64,000 nt of DNA from Thermodesulfobacteriota bacterium (GCA_965216785.1 OZ244197.1:1824001-1888000); one strand, 5' to 3'. Counted from the stretch's first letter, positions 19,194 through 29,990 are shown. The notes: generated by a model from the sequence alone, not told the origin. Translations and numbers: made by a program.

Positions 19194-21608
19194 ATGAGTG
19201 AATACGCCCATATCGCCGTACCCATACCCGGAGAGGAGTACTATACGTATAAAGTGCCCGAGCGTCTTAAAGAAGGCGCGGCTTTGGGTAAACGCGTCCT
19301 CGTGCCCTTTAGGAACAGGCGGCTTATCGGCTTCATAGTAGGTTTCGGCGACACCCCGCCCGAGTTTAAGCTCCGGGATATACTGGACATTTTAGATGAA
19401 GAGCCTTTATTTGATAAAAAGAGGCTCGAGTTCTTAAAGTGGATCTCGGATTACTACCTTACCTCGCTTGGAATCGTGCTTAAGGCCGCTCATCCGGGCG
19501 GGCTGGGCGTGAGCGTTAAGAGAAAGATCAAACTTACCGAGCAAGGGCTCTCTGCTCTGACTGAGGACCGCTTTACCGATCATGAAAGGTTAGTGTTAAA
19601 TACCATAGAAAACTCGGGTGAGATTACTTCTCAGAAGCTCCTGGGCCTAATTCAGAACACTTCAAACGAGCTTCTTAACTCGCTCAGACGAAGGGGGCTC
19701 ATTGCGTTTGACTACGAGCTGCACTCTGACCCCAAGGTAAAGACAAGGAAAATAATCGCGGCCAAAGCGGGAGCTTCTTTAATGAGCCCGCTGCTTCAAA
19801 GAAAGCACGCTAAAACGGATATACTGGAATTCATTCTCACGCACGCCAGAGTGCCGCTTGATGATTTGAAGGAAATATTCGGCAACGTGAGTGCCCACAT
19901 CCCGTGGCTTGAGGAAAAGGAGTTTATACAGATTGAGCTTGAAGAGGTCGTGCGGGACCCGTTTGCGGATATCCGGATAGAGCGGGACACGCCGCCCGAG
20001 CTAAGCCCGGATCAGAAGTCATCTTTAAAGAAGGTTTCAGAGGCGATAGCTAAAGGCGGGTACTCTCCGTTCCTGCTCCACGGCGTCACAGGGAGCGGGA
20101 AGACCGAGATATATCTTAGAGCGATAGCGGAGGTGATAGAGCAGGGCAAGCAGGCGGTCGTGCTTGTTCCCGAGATTTCACTAACCCCCCAGCTAGTCAA
20201 GCGGTTCAGGGCAAGATTTGGTAAAAAGATCGCCGTTATACACAGCTCGCTTTCAGACGGCGAGCGCTTCGACGCCTGGCGCATAGCCAGCAGGGGGGAG
20301 GTTGATGTAGTTATCGGCGCGCGCTCAGCCATATTCGCCCCGTTCAACAACATAGGCATAATCGTTGTAGATGAGGAGCACGAGACTACGTACAAGCAGG
20401 AAGAAGCCCCTTCTTACAATGCGAGGGACCTTGCCTTGGTGCTTGGAAAGATGACAGGATCTGTAGTGCTTCTGGGCTCGGCGACCCCGTCTCTTGAGTC
20501 TTACCATAATGCGGTTAAGCATAAATTCGGCTATCTGTCGCTGCCGCTGAGAGTGCAGGACAGGCCACTTCCGGAGGTCTCTGTCGTCGACATGAAATCT
20601 GAAGACGCGTCCGTATTCTCCGGCGCCTTAAAGAGCGCAATTCAAAAAAACGTCGAAGATAAGAAGCAGACTATACTCTTTTTAAACAGAAGGGGGTTCT
20701 CTACACTTATAATCTGCCCGTCCTGCGGCGATACGCTAAAGTGCCCTAACTGCTCGGTGACCCTCACTTACCACGCGCGGGAGGACTCGGTAAAGTGTCA
20801 TCTGTGCGGGCTGTCTGAGAAAATGAAGCCGGAGTGCGGCGAGTGCGGAGCTGACCTCAGGGGGCTCGGGATAGGCACTCAGAAGGTGGAAGAGGAGCTA
20901 AGAGCCATGCTCCCCGGCGCTGTGCTTGCCAGAATGGACAGGGACTCGGTGGCGGGAAAGTCAAAACTTCTTAGGCTTTATGAGAGGCTTGAAAGGGGCG
21001 AGGTGGACGTGCTCATTGGAACGCAAATGGTGGCGAAGGGGCACGACTTGCCGGGAGTGACTCTCGTGGGCGTGATATCAGCCGACATTTCACTCGGCAT
21101 TCCCGACTTCCGCTCGGGCGAGCGTACGTTTCAGCTCGTCACTCAGGTTGCGGGAAGAGCGGGGCGCGGGAGCGACCCCGGGCGCGTCATAGTGCAGACG
21201 TTTAACCCCGAGCACCCGAGCATAACTCACGCCGTAAAACAGGACAGTGTCGGCTACCTTCGGGAAGAGATTAAATTAAGGGAGGACCTTGGATACCCGC
21301 CGTTTTCCAGACTGGTGAATGTGCGGTTTTCAGGTACTAAGGAGCTTGAGACCAAGGGCGTGGCCGATAAGGCGGGAGGTATCGCCAAGAAACTCGCTTC
21401 AAAGCTCCCTGCGGGAGCGATCGAGATACTGGGGCCTTCCCCTTGTCCTATAAGCAAGATGAGTAACCGCTACCGTTTTCAGATGCTCGTGAAATCCGGG
21501 TCCACAGGCGTAATTCACGGATTTTCAAAGAAGCTCTTAGCGCTAATGTCAGACGTCGCGGGACCCGTGAGGGTATCGGTGGATATTGACCCTTATAATT
21601 TTAGCTGA
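19194..21608 (+). CDS. priA: Primosomal protein N' (replication restart helicase)
   Basis: GVTGSGKTE, DEEHE, GSATPS, four CxxC, GTQMVAKGHD, QVAGRAGR. Confidence 0.97.
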   Translation: MSEYAHIAVPIPGEEYYTYKVPERLKEGAALGKRVLVPFRNRRLIGFIVGFGDTPPEFKLRDILDILDEEPLFDKKRLEFLKWISDYYLTSLGIVLKAAHPGGLGVSVKRKIKLTEQGLSALTEDRFTDHERLVLNTIENSGEITSQKLLGLIQNTSNELLNSLRRRGLIAFDYELHSDPKVKTRKIIAAKAGASLMSPLLQRKHAKTDILEFILTHARVPLDDLKEIFGNVSAHIPWLEEKEFIQIELEEVVRDPFADIRIERDTPPELSPDQKSSLKKVSEAIAKGGYSPFLLHGVTGSGKTEIYLRAIAEVIEQGKQAVVLVPEISLTPQLVKRFRARFGKKIAVIHSSLSDGERFDAWRIASRGEVDVVIGARSAIFAPFNNIGIIVVDEEHETTYKQEEAPSYNARDLALVLGKMTGSVVLLGSATPSLESYHNAVKHKFGYLSLPLRVQDRPLPEVSVVDMKSEDASVFSGALKSAIQKNVEDKKQTILFLNRRGFSTLIICPSCGDTLKCPNCSVTLTYHAREDSVKCHLCGLSEKMKPECGECGADLRGLGIGTQKVEEELRAMLPGAVLARMDRDSVAGKSKLLRLYERLERGEVDVLIGTQMVAKGHDLPGVTLVGVISADISLGIPDFRSGERTFQLVTQVAGRAGRGSDPGRVIVQTFNPEHPSITHAVKQDSVGYLREEIKLREDLGYPPFSRLVNVRFSGTKELETKGVADKAGGIAKKLASKLPAGAIEILGPSPCPISKMSNRYRFQMLVKSGSTGVIHGFSKKLLALMSDVAGPVRVSVDIDPYNFS

Positions 21609-21775
21609 AAAGATTGAATAAACTCATATGGGGACAGAGGCAGACGCATGTCACCGCAAATAATAATATTAGAACTGGCATCTACATACCTAAAACTGCC
21701 TCATAACTAATCACACCCCCGTCTTTTATGGTACAATCTTGTTGTCGGACTAAAATCACATAGCGAGGCGCTACG

Positions 21776-22141
21776 ATGGTCGAGAAAAGACAGCAGAGAA
21801 AAACCGGGGCAAGGGGCGGCGCAAAACGCGCGTCCCGGGGAGCGGGCGCGAGGTCCAAAAGCTCTGAAAAAGAAGTTGACCTGGCCGACCTTGAGAAAGC
21901 TGGTGAGCATTTACTAATGAGCGCCGCGGAGCTGTTTGTGGGCGCTGGGTTTGCTATCAAAGGATTAAAGGGGCTTTTGGAGGACGAGCAGGGCAGAAAA
22001 TTCCTGCGCGATCTTCCGTTTAATGTAGTATCAAAGAGTTTTGAGATGGTCAAAGAGGCAGAAGAGGAATATAGAGCCAGGAAAGGGGCAAAAGGGAAAG
22101 CTAATAAGTCCAAAAGAAGCAGGAAAATAACCGTTGAATAG
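21776..22141 (+). CDS. Hypothetical protein with basic termini and helical core
   Basis: GAGG RBS; overlaps the glnE start; ends ..KITVE. Confidence 0.6.
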   Translation: MVEKRQQRKTGARGGAKRASRGAGARSKSSEKEVDLADLEKAGEHLLMSAAELFVGAGFAIKGLKGLLEDEQGRKFLRDLPFNVVSKSFEMVKEAEEEYRARKGAKGKANKSKRSRKITVE

Positions 22142-24917
22142 AGTTTTACCCGATCCGGACAATGCCCGGACCACCGTACTCCGTTACAAAGAGCAGCATA
22201 AGAGGATATCAAAGTCTAAAAAAGATATACTCGAGCTTCTATCTTCGAACAGTTGCTTTATTTCAAGAGTTCTTCTTAAGTATCCGGAAATACTCGAATA
22301 TTTATCACAATCCGCAGAAGTAAAGAAAAAGAAGCTTCCATCTGTCTATAACCGTGAAGCGTACAATATTGCAGTTGCCTCAGCTTCGGCAAACGAGCTT
22401 CAATCTTCACTCAGAGCATACAAATATAAAGAGCTTAGCAGGATTTTATACCGCGATCTGATGAGCTTTGAGAGCTTCCCAGGGGTAATGGAAGAGCTCT
22501 CGGATCTAGCGTGCGCGGTTTTAGGGGCTGCCGTAACGTATTTTAGAAGGGAGCTCGGGATAGAGAACCACGGTGAGTTTGTTGTGCTGGGCATGGGCAA
22601 GCTGGGGGGCAGAGAGCTGAACCTGAGCTCTGACATCGACCTTATCTATCTATACCGGGATATAAAAGACCCGGAGCCCTTTTTTAAGCTTGCCGAGAGC
22701 GTTACAAAATCTCTAAGCGCTGTTACAGAGGACGGGTTTCTCTACAGAGTCGACCTTGGGCTCAGGCCCGGGGGCGGTAAGAGCACAGTTGCCGTCACTA
22801 TTGAAGGCGCGCTTGAGCATTACTTTTACTGGGGAGATACGTGGGAGAGGGCCGCGATGATCAAAGCCCGGCCGGTGGCCGGGGATATAGAGCTCGGCGG
22901 GGAATTTATACGGGAGATTGAGCCCTTTGTATATAAGAAATTCCTTGACTACGCGTCGATAGAAAATCTAAAAGACATGAAGACCAAGCTCGACCGTTTG
23001 CAAAAGAAAAGGGACGTAAAGCTCGGGAAGGGAGGGATCAGGGAGATTGAGTTTTTTGTTCAGGCGCTTCAGCTGGTGAACGGCGGGGAGATAAAGGAGA
23101 TAAGAGGAAGGAATACGCTCGAGACCCTGGACAGGCTCAAGAACACTCATATAATTGACGATGAAGTTCACGAGAAACTCGGCTCTTCATATGTATTCCT
23201 TAGGAAAGTTGAGCACTATATACAACTGGTCGAAGAAAGACAAACTCACAAGATTCCGACTAACCCCGAAGATATCGAAAGGCTTGCGCTCCGCTCGGGT
23301 TTTAAGGATCTAAAAGAGTTTGAGAAAAACTATAAAGAAAATACAGATACTGTCTCGGGGATTTATCAGATGCTCTTTCACGAACCGTCCCGGAAAACGC
23401 AGCAGGCGGGTAAGGAGTTCTGGGAAGTAGCGGATTTTCTGACCGCGGGGAATATCTCCGAGGAAGAAGCGCTGGAAAACCTCACCAAGCTCGGTTTTAC
23501 ACGCCCTGAGACTGCCATACAGCTATTTTCAACGCTTCTCGATCCCAGAAGGGGTGGACTTACGGAAGAGGGCAGGGTCGCAATGAAAAAAGTTGTTCCC
23601 GCTTTCCTGGGCGGGATATTAAAGTCCCCTGACCCAGATGCGGCATTATTAAATGTAGAACGGTTCATCTCTTCAGTGGGGCTTAGGACCTCTATCTATG
23701 CCGTATTGTCCGAAAACCCTGACATCATTGAGCTTTTGGCAAAGCTCTTTTCCACTAGCGGTTACCTGTCGGGATTCTTAATCCGCCACCCCGAGTACCT
23801 TGACGCGCTCACATTAAAGGATGTGCGCACAGAGTTCGAATCAAAAGAAGACATGCTCGAGCAGCTTTGGGAAATGCTTTCAGGGGAGAAAGACTATGAA
23901 TCTAAGCTCGATGCGCTCAGGAACTTCAAGCACGCGGAAACACTCAAGATATGCCTGAGGGACCTAAACGGAGAGGTCGATCCATTCTATGTAGGGAGCT
24001 ATCTTTCTATGACTGCCGAGGCTGTGCTCGAAGCGGGAATGTGCCTTGCCTGGGAGGAGCTTCCGAGCTCCGTTCGAAAAAGAAAGTCCCTTCCTAAGAT
24101 GCTGGTGCTCGGGCTCGGTAAGCTCGGGGGCGGCGAGATGAGCTATAACTCTGACCTTGATATTATGTTTATTTACGAGGGGGCTGACCACGAGCTTTAC
24201 TCAAAGTTCGGGCAGAAGGTAATATCGGTGCTCTCTGTACCGACAGGTGCGGGTTACGCTTATAAGATCGATATGGGGCTAAGGCCCTCGGGCCGCTCAG
24301 GCGCACTGGTGACGTCGTTTGACTCCTTTAAGACCTACCATGAGCAGAGCGCACTTGTGTGGGAGAGGCAGTCCCTGATCAGGGCCAAGGTGTCCGCAGG
24401 GGATAAGGAGCTCGGTAAAAAGGTGATGGAGCAGGTCGAACGCTTCGTATACACGGAGCCACTCGACCCCGGGTTTTATAAAGAGATCTACAAGCTCAGG
24501 GGGCGGATGGAGCAAGAGCTCGCAAAGGAGAATCAAAAGAAGGTTAATATTAAGACCGGTAGGGGCGGTATCGTAGACATTGAGTTTTTAGTGCAGATGC
24601 TCCAGCTTCGTCATGGCAGGGAGCACAAGGAGCTTCGTAAAAGGAACACGGCGGAAGCGCTCGATGCTTTAAAAGATGCAAAAATAATACTCAAGAAAGA
24701 GTATCTTTTACTTAACGGTGGGCTATTCTTTTTAAAGAAAATGGAGAATCTGCTGAGACTACTGCACGACCGCTCTATTAACGAGCTTTATGAGAGCGAT
24801 TTTCAAAAGCTAGCGGCTGAGCTCGATATGGGGGCTACGGTTGAGGAGCTGAGGCAGAAATACGAATCCAAAACCGTAAAGATCAGAGAAATTTATGAAA
24901 AGTATTTCACAAATTGA
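22134..24917 (+). CDS. glnE: Bifunctional glutamine synthetase adenylyltransferase/deadenylylase
   Basis: Two nucleotidyltransferase domains: GKLGGRELNLSSDID and GKLGGGEMSYNSDLD; KLGKGGIREIEF. Confidence 0.95.
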   Translation: MNRVLPDPDNARTTVLRYKEQHKRISKSKKDILELLSSNSCFISRVLLKYPEILEYLSQSAEVKKKKLPSVYNREAYNIAVASASANELQSSLRAYKYKELSRILYRDLMSFESFPGVMEELSDLACAVLGAAVTYFRRELGIENHGEFVVLGMGKLGGRELNLSSDIDLIYLYRDIKDPEPFFKLAESVTKSLSAVTEDGFLYRVDLGLRPGGGKSTVAVTIEGALEHYFYWGDTWERAAMIKARPVAGDIELGGEFIREIEPFVYKKFLDYASIENLKDMKTKLDRLQKKRDVKLGKGGIREIEFFVQALQLVNGGEIKEIRGRNTLETLDRLKNTHIIDDEVHEKLGSSYVFLRKVEHYIQLVEERQTHKIPTNPEDIERLALRSGFKDLKEFEKNYKENTDTVSGIYQMLFHEPSRKTQQAGKEFWEVADFLTAGNISEEEALENLTKLGFTRPETAIQLFSTLLDPRRGGLTEEGRVAMKKVVPAFLGGILKSPDPDAALLNVERFISSVGLRTSIYAVLSENPDIIELLAKLFSTSGYLSGFLIRHPEYLDALTLKDVRTEFESKEDMLEQLWEMLSGEKDYESKLDALRNFKHAETLKICLRDLNGEVDPFYVGSYLSMTAEAVLEAGMCLAWEELPSSVRKRKSLPKMLVLGLGKLGGGEMSYNSDLDIMFIYEGADHELYSKFGQKVISVLSVPTGAGYAYKIDMGLRPSGRSGALVTSFDSFKTYHEQSALVWERQSLIRAKVSAGDKELGKKVMEQVERFVYTEPLDPGFYKEIYKLRGRMEQELAKENQKKVNIKTGRGGIVDIEFLVQMLQLRHGREHKELRKRNTAEALDALKDAKIILKKEYLLLNGGLFFLKKMENLLRLLHDRSINELYESDFQKLAAELDMGATVEELRQKYESKTVKIREIYEKYFTN

Positions 24918-24950
24918 TAATATATACTGAAGCGAGGGTGAACACTTTAT

Positions 24951-26366
24951 ATGTCTCAATATAAAAGCTGTATTTTCTTTATGGCCGACGGAGCCAGGGC
25001 CGATGTATTCTCTATGCTGATGGAGCGGGGTGATTTGCCCAATATCTCTAAGTACATTGTTGAAAAAGGCTCATACCGTGAAGCCGTATCTGTCTTTCCT
25101 TCGACCACTGGGCCTGCCTATACTCCTTACATTCTAGGCGTGTATCCGGGAAGGTGCAATCTTCCTGGGATAAGGTGGTTCGATAGGGCTAAATTTGAGA
25201 ACCGCAGGAAGCTTCTTTCATTCGAGAGGTTCAGAAGCTACATCGGGCTTGAGACGTATTTTATGAACAGCGATGTTACAAAGGATAACAAGAGCGTGTT
25301 TGAGATTTTCCCAAGGAGCGTGAATATCTTAAACGAGCTCTCCCGCGGCGTTAAATTCAGAAACGACAGGACTCGTTTCTCTAAGCTCTACTATAAGGTT
25401 AAAAGCCATTTTACGGAAAAGACTAATGAGGTAGATCAGGTAGCCAGAAAGATACTCCTTGACTCTTTGAAGGAGTTTCCGGAGTACGTATACGCGGTTT
25501 TTCTGGGTATTGATACCTACTCTCACGTAGGACACCCCTTTCACAAAATGACTCTCGAGTCTTACCGTCTGATCGATGAGACTGTAGGCGCCGCCGCCAA
25601 GTTCCTCGAAAATGAGGGCAGGCTAGAAGAGACGCTGCTTGTGGTAGCGAGCGATCACGGACTCAGCCAGTCGCATTCACACTTTGACACCCTGGGGTTT
25701 ATGCGCAAATCAGGGTATAAGACTCTTGGGTATACCAACGTGCTAAAACACTTCACCGACGCGGATTCTGCATGCATGGTTTCGGGGAACGCTATGAGTA
25801 ACCTGTACGTTAAGAGCCCGGAAGGGTGGAGCAGGAGGTCTACGTTTGAGGAAATGGAAGCGCTCATCGAGAGGCTTGTAGAGAGAGCTGAGATCGATAT
25901 TCTGGCCGGGTTAGACGCTGAGGGCAGAACCAGGATAAAAAGCATGAGAGGGGAGGCGCTGGCCTGGATTGATGGAAAGGGACTGTTAAATTACAAGAAA
26001 TTAAAGGGTGATCCGTTTGGTTATAACGGTGTGCCCGGTAAAATGACATCTGAAGAGGCTCTGGACAAGACTTACAGCACAGATTACCCGGACGGAATAG
26101 AGCAGCTCGTACAAATTTTGGAGTCTCCGAGAACAGGGGATCTGGTACTTAGCGCAACTTCAGGGTATGACCTGAGGGCTACAGACGAGAACCCCGAGCA
26201 CTGCTCTTCACACGGCTCGCTTCACCGTGACCATATGATAATGCCCCTTGTTATAAACCATAAGCTAAAGAAAGACAAAGTCAGATCGGTAGATCTATAT
26301 CCTACAATTTTAGAGCTTATGGGATACCCTCTCCCGGATAAATTCGACGGGGTAAGCCTCGCATGA
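24951..26366 (+). CDS. Alkaline phosphatase superfamily / nucleotide pyrophosphatase-phosphodiesterase
   Basis: ADGAR, FPSTT nucleophile, D..SH, SDHG, SHGSL. Confidence 0.85.
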   Translation: MSQYKSCIFFMADGARADVFSMLMERGDLPNISKYIVEKGSYREAVSVFPSTTGPAYTPYILGVYPGRCNLPGIRWFDRAKFENRRKLLSFERFRSYIGLETYFMNSDVTKDNKSVFEIFPRSVNILNELSRGVKFRNDRTRFSKLYYKVKSHFTEKTNEVDQVARKILLDSLKEFPEYVYAVFLGIDTYSHVGHPFHKMTLESYRLIDETVGAAAKFLENEGRLEETLLVVASDHGLSQSHSHFDTLGFMRKSGYKTLGYTNVLKHFTDADSACMVSGNAMSNLYVKSPEGWSRRSTFEEMEALIERLVERAEIDILAGLDAEGRTRIKSMRGEALAWIDGKGLLNYKKLKGDPFGYNGVPGKMTSEEALDKTYSTDYPDGIEQLVQILESPRTGDLVLSATSGYDLRATDENPEHCSSHGSLHRDHMIMPLVINHKLKKDKVRSVDLYPTILELMGYPLPDKFDGVSLA

Positions 26367-26388
26367 TCTGTATAGTGCTTTGAGCCAC

Positions 26389-28344
26389 TTATGAGAAAAG
26401 CGCCCTTGCCGCGGACTCGGATATAAATAACGCTATGACACCCCAGAGGAAGTAGCGCCAGAGCTCCTTGAAAACCTTGACCAGCCCAAGCTCGCTCTTA
26501 GGCTCAGACTCTATGCTTAATGCGCCAAGCTTCTCAAGATTTGACTCTAGCGGGTCAATGTTTACCGCGAACTCATACGCATCCTCACCGTCGATTATAA
26601 CTTCGTATATTCCTGAGCGTTTTGTATCCCGGAACAAAGGCTCTTCCGGGTCGATCTTGAAGTCCTCTCCCAAGGGGTTTTTGACAACTATCGACGTAGC
26701 CTCGGCAGTAGTGTCGATAGCGATCTTGTCTGTAACTATGTAATTTCTGCGTTTTGTATTGGATAGGCTCTCAAAATCGAGAAACTCCTTAATTATAGGA
26801 GCGAATACCGGGGTGATGGGAAAATTACTCCAGGCCGTGTCCGCTGTAGAAGTGAATAGGAAGACGTTTCCTTCCCCGTACCCTGAGTAGATCAAAAACG
26901 GGGATTCGTCAGAGAGCTTGAGGACTGTTTCTGAGCCTTGTGCCGGAATCAGAGGAAAAGACCTGTTAACCTTGGCACGGTCTATTTTTTCAAACAGCTC
27001 CTCTGAAAATAAACCGGACGCAACTGCTACAAGAGTGGAATCTATCTGAGCTGGAGCGCCCAGCTCGCCGGGCAGTATGTTTTTCAGCAGCGCGTTGTAA
27101 CTCGCCGCCCGGACCCTGTCGCCGGGGAAAATTACCAAAGTGCCGCCTCGCTCTACGTACTCTTGTAGCTCAGCAGCTTTTCCCGGGGTTATCTCGCCCA
27201 CGTTCGCAAGAAATATAAGATCATATGTTGGCAGCTCTTCGTCTAAAAAGCTCTCGTTATCTTTTATTCTGATTCTCGATCGAAGGAGCTCTGAAGCGGT
27301 CTCGGCAGCGCTTGCCAGATAATAGGATTCGCTTAGTCTCGAGTCCTCTCTCGGATCGCCGTCCACGATCAGGACATTAAGAGCGCCGGAACGGGAAAGC
27401 ACAAAGTGGCGCGTGTCATCTATACGCAGCTCGTCCTCGGGTATCGACGCGCTGCCAGACCCCTCGGGCTCTTCACCGCCGCGGGTGCGGGGAAATATGA
27501 ATTCCTTGTTTGTAAAATCCCCGGGGCCGATATCTATGTATGCTTTTATCTCTTCTCCCGATAATTCCGTTTCCGTGAGTAGATCGCTCGTTTCTGTATT
27601 TGAGAAATTGGATACATTGACCTTTAGCTTGATTGAGTCCTTTGTGTAGCGGCTTTGTATCTCTGTAACGCCGTGGTTTTCGGGAAACTCTATATCCGAT
27701 ACATCAATCAGTGTGAGCCAGTTTCTCGTATAGTCCTCTCTCTTCCATCCGTTTTTCTGAAAGTCAGTGACGAGCACAACTTGCTTTTCCTGATGTGGAG
27801 ACTTTTCTAAGGCGGAATAGACCTGCTCGAGTCTCCTTTCGTTATCTGTATAGGTGTCGGAAAGGGTTATTTTCTCTAAGTCCTTTTGTGCTGTTTGCCT
27901 GTTCTGAATGACGGATATAGCCGCGCTTTGCCCGGGCACGAGCGGCAGGGCTGCGAAAAAGCTGCCGTCGGGGGCAGAATCGATTATGCGCTCTGCCTCT
28001 TTCTTTGCCTTTTTAAAATTATCCCCGTAACCCATACTGAATGAGTTGTCTAATACCACTGCAAGTGAGCGGGGCTCTGAGCTCTCAGCTGTTGAGAAAG
28101 TAAATATTGCGGGTTTTGCGAATATTAACGCTATGAGCACTATTATGAGCGCGCGCAGTAGCAGCAGTATCAAGTCCTTTAACCTTGAACGGGTCGCCAT
28201 CTCTCCCTGTGAGGTCAACAGGAACCTGACGGCGGGAAACCGCTTTTGGAAACCGCTCTTACGGGATATAAGGTGCGCGATTACGGGCAGCGAGACCGCA
28301 ATTAGACCTATGAGAAAAATCGGGCTTAAAAAAGAAAAATTCAA
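26389..28344 (-). CDS. BatA-domain/vWA membrane protein (MoxR partner)
   Basis: N-terminal double-TM BatA motif, MIDAS DNSFSM, LVTDFQ, GATase-like central region, C-terminal ESNL and TM. Confidence 0.85.
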   Translation of the reverse strand: MNFSFLSPIFLIGLIAVSLPVIAHLISRKSGFQKRFPAVRFLLTSQGEMATRSRLKDLILLLLRALIIVLIALIFAKPAIFTFSTAESSEPRSLAVVLDNSFSMGYGDNFKKAKKEAERIIDSAPDGSFFAALPLVPGQSAAISVIQNRQTAQKDLEKITLSDTYTDNERRLEQVYSALEKSPHQEKQVVLVTDFQKNGWKREDYTRNWLTLIDVSDIEFPENHGVTEIQSRYTKDSIKLKVNVSNFSNTETSDLLTETELSGEEIKAYIDIGPGDFTNKEFIFPRTRGGEEPEGSGSASIPEDELRIDDTRHFVLSRSGALNVLIVDGDPREDSRLSESYYLASAAETASELLRSRIRIKDNESFLDEELPTYDLIFLANVGEITPGKAAELQEYVERGGTLVIFPGDRVRAASYNALLKNILPGELGAPAQIDSTLVAVASGLFSEELFEKIDRAKVNRSFPLIPAQGSETVLKLSDESPFLIYSGYGEGNVFLFTSTADTAWSNFPITPVFAPIIKEFLDFESLSNTKRRNYIVTDKIAIDTTAEATSIVVKNPLGEDFKIDPEEPLFRDTKRSGIYEVIIDGEDAYEFAVNIDPLESNLEKLGALSIESEPKSELGLVKVFKELWRYFLWGVIALFISESAARALFS

Positions 28345-28353
28345 TAGTCTGCT

Positions 28354-29226
28354 CTATTTATCGGCTATTTCGATAAGGGGCTCTTCAACTGAAACGTCCG
28401 AGCGAGTAAAGACGTAGCGGCATTCAAATTCGTGGCACATACTCTTAAGCTCGTCTATAAACTCTCTTACCCTTTTCTTATAAGTATGTCTTATGCTCGC
28501 CGTATCGACAATAACTTTAGCGTCCGATTCCATATCGAGAAACTCCACCGAACCCTCGAACCCAAAATCAGTCTCGTCCGGGTGGAGCACATGAAATAGA
28601 GTAACGTCCTTTTTTGAAGCCCTTAGAAGCTGAAGGGATTCTCTTATCTCCTTTGGCTCCATCAGGAAATCGGATACTAATACGAAAGTCGCGCTCGATC
28701 TATAGATTTCGAGTGCCTCTAAAAGCGGTTTTCTGAGCACCGTTTTGCCCTGTGGCGTAATATTCTCGAGCTTGTCAACGATTGGCATAATGGAGGAGTT
28801 TCCCGATCTCGGAGGTATAATTTCCGAATCGAGCCCGGAGTAGCAGCTGAGTCCGACCGAATCTCCTTGTCTCAATAGTAAATACGCCAAGGTAGCCGAG
28901 AGTTTTTTTGAGAAAGAAAGCTTGTTCGAGTGCTCGTCCCCATAGTCCATTGAAGCGCTTTTATCAACAAGTATGCACCAGCTAAGGTTAACTTCGTCTT
29001 CGTACTTCTTTACATAGAGCCTGTCGTGACGGCCGTAAAGACGCCAGTCCACCTGCTTAAGCTCATCGCCTTTGTTGTATTCCTTATACTCCATGAAATC
29101 GGGGCTTATGCCCCTGTATAGGCTCTTGTGAATGCCCGATTTCTGGCCTCTTACACTCGAACGGGTGCGGAAGTAAAATCCTTTAAGTCTCGATGCAGTA
29201 TCTATGTCCAGAATGCCGTTTGACAT
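28354..29226 (-). CDS. DUF58 (vWA-like) protein
   Basis: GIHKS, EYKEY..GD..K.VDW, DKSASM, VSDF. Confidence 0.9.
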   Translation of the reverse strand: MSNGILDIDTASRLKGFYFRTRSSVRGQKSGIHKSLYRGISPDFMEYKEYNKGDELKQVDWRLYGRHDRLYVKKYEDEVNLSWCILVDKSASMDYGDEHSNKLSFSKKLSATLAYLLLRQGDSVGLSCYSGLDSEIIPPRSGNSSIMPIVDKLENITPQGKTVLRKPLLEALEIYRSSATFVLVSDFLMEPKEIRESLQLLRASKKDVTLFHVLHPDETDFGFEGSVEFLDMESDAKVIVDTASIRHTYKKRVREFIDELKSMCHEFECRYVFTRSDVSVEEPLIEIADK

Positions 29227-29272
29227 AATTTACGGGTGGGTATGTGTTCTGGAATTCGGTAAATCTACGGGC

Positions 29273-29770
29273 TCAATTAAGAAGTTTATCTATCTCTTTA
29301 GTAATTGAGTCCTCGCCTAAATTCTTAGCAATGGAAATTTCTTTTGTCAGAAGCGTACGAGCCGAATCCATAATCCTCTTTTCGCCAAAGGAGAGGTCTT
29401 TGTCTTTTTGCAGCATATTAATGTCTTTCAGCACGTTCGCGACTTCGAATATATCACCAGACTTGAGCTTGTCGGAATATTCGCGGTAACGCTTGTTCCA
29501 GCTCTGGCGTCCGTTCTGATGTCCTGAGTTCTTGTCTTTGTTCTTGAGTATATTGTAGATTCGGTTGATATCTTTTTTGGTGATTACGGCCCTTAGCCCT
29601 ACGGCCTCCGCGTTGTCAGTCGGGACCATGACAGTGACGTCGCTGTCAATTACCTGAAGGATGTAGAAATCTTTTTTAGTGCCGCAAATTTCTTTAGATT
29701 CTATTGCTTGGACTTTTACTACTCCGTGGGCTGGATACACAGCCTGTTTGCCTACTTTAAACATTGTCAT
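29273..29770 (-). CDS. carD: CarD/CdnL transcription regulator
   Basis: FKVG..VYPAHGV, conserved Trp in WNKRYR, LSFGEK. Confidence 0.93.
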   Translation of the reverse strand: MTMFKVGKQAVYPAHGVVKVQAIESKEICGTKKDFYILQVIDSDVTVMVPTDNAEAVGLRAVITKKDINRIYNILKNKDKNSGHQNGRQSWNKRYREYSDKLKSGDIFEVANVLKDINMLQKDKDLSFGEKRIMDSARTLLTKEISIAKNLGEDSITKEIDKLLN

Positions 29771-29855
29771 TACCAACCCCCTTAGCAACTTTGAACGAAA
29801 TTCGCCTAGATAAATAGTTTCGGATTTTGCTTTGCATGTTGTTTGTTTGACCCTA

Positions 29856-29990
29856 ATTTATTCCCGAGCATTGCTGTAAATCACTCGCCTCTGTCCTCAG
29901 ATTTATTCCCCGGCATTGCTGTGAAACGCTCGCCTCTGTCCTCTGATTTACTCCCCGGCATTACTGTGAAACGCTCGCCTCTGTCCCCAT
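29856..29990. repeat. Three tandem imperfect 45-bp repeats upstream of carD
   Basis: Units start at 29856, 29901, 29946; consensus ATTTATTCCCCGGCATTGCTGTGAAACGCTCGCCTCTGTCCTCWG. Confidence 0.95.

Noticed and set aside
21682-22212. 176-aa antisense ORF and the many other short ORFs nested in or opposite known genes
   Set aside because: Shadow frames of well-supported genes with no motifs of their own
29856-29990. CRISPR array
   Set aside because: Units are contiguous with no unique spacers and there are no cas genes in the window
29856-29990. Glycine riboswitch (shares GGACAGAG)
   Set aside because: Lacks the GGAGA...CCGAAG...CUCUCAGG core, and the downstream gene is unrelated
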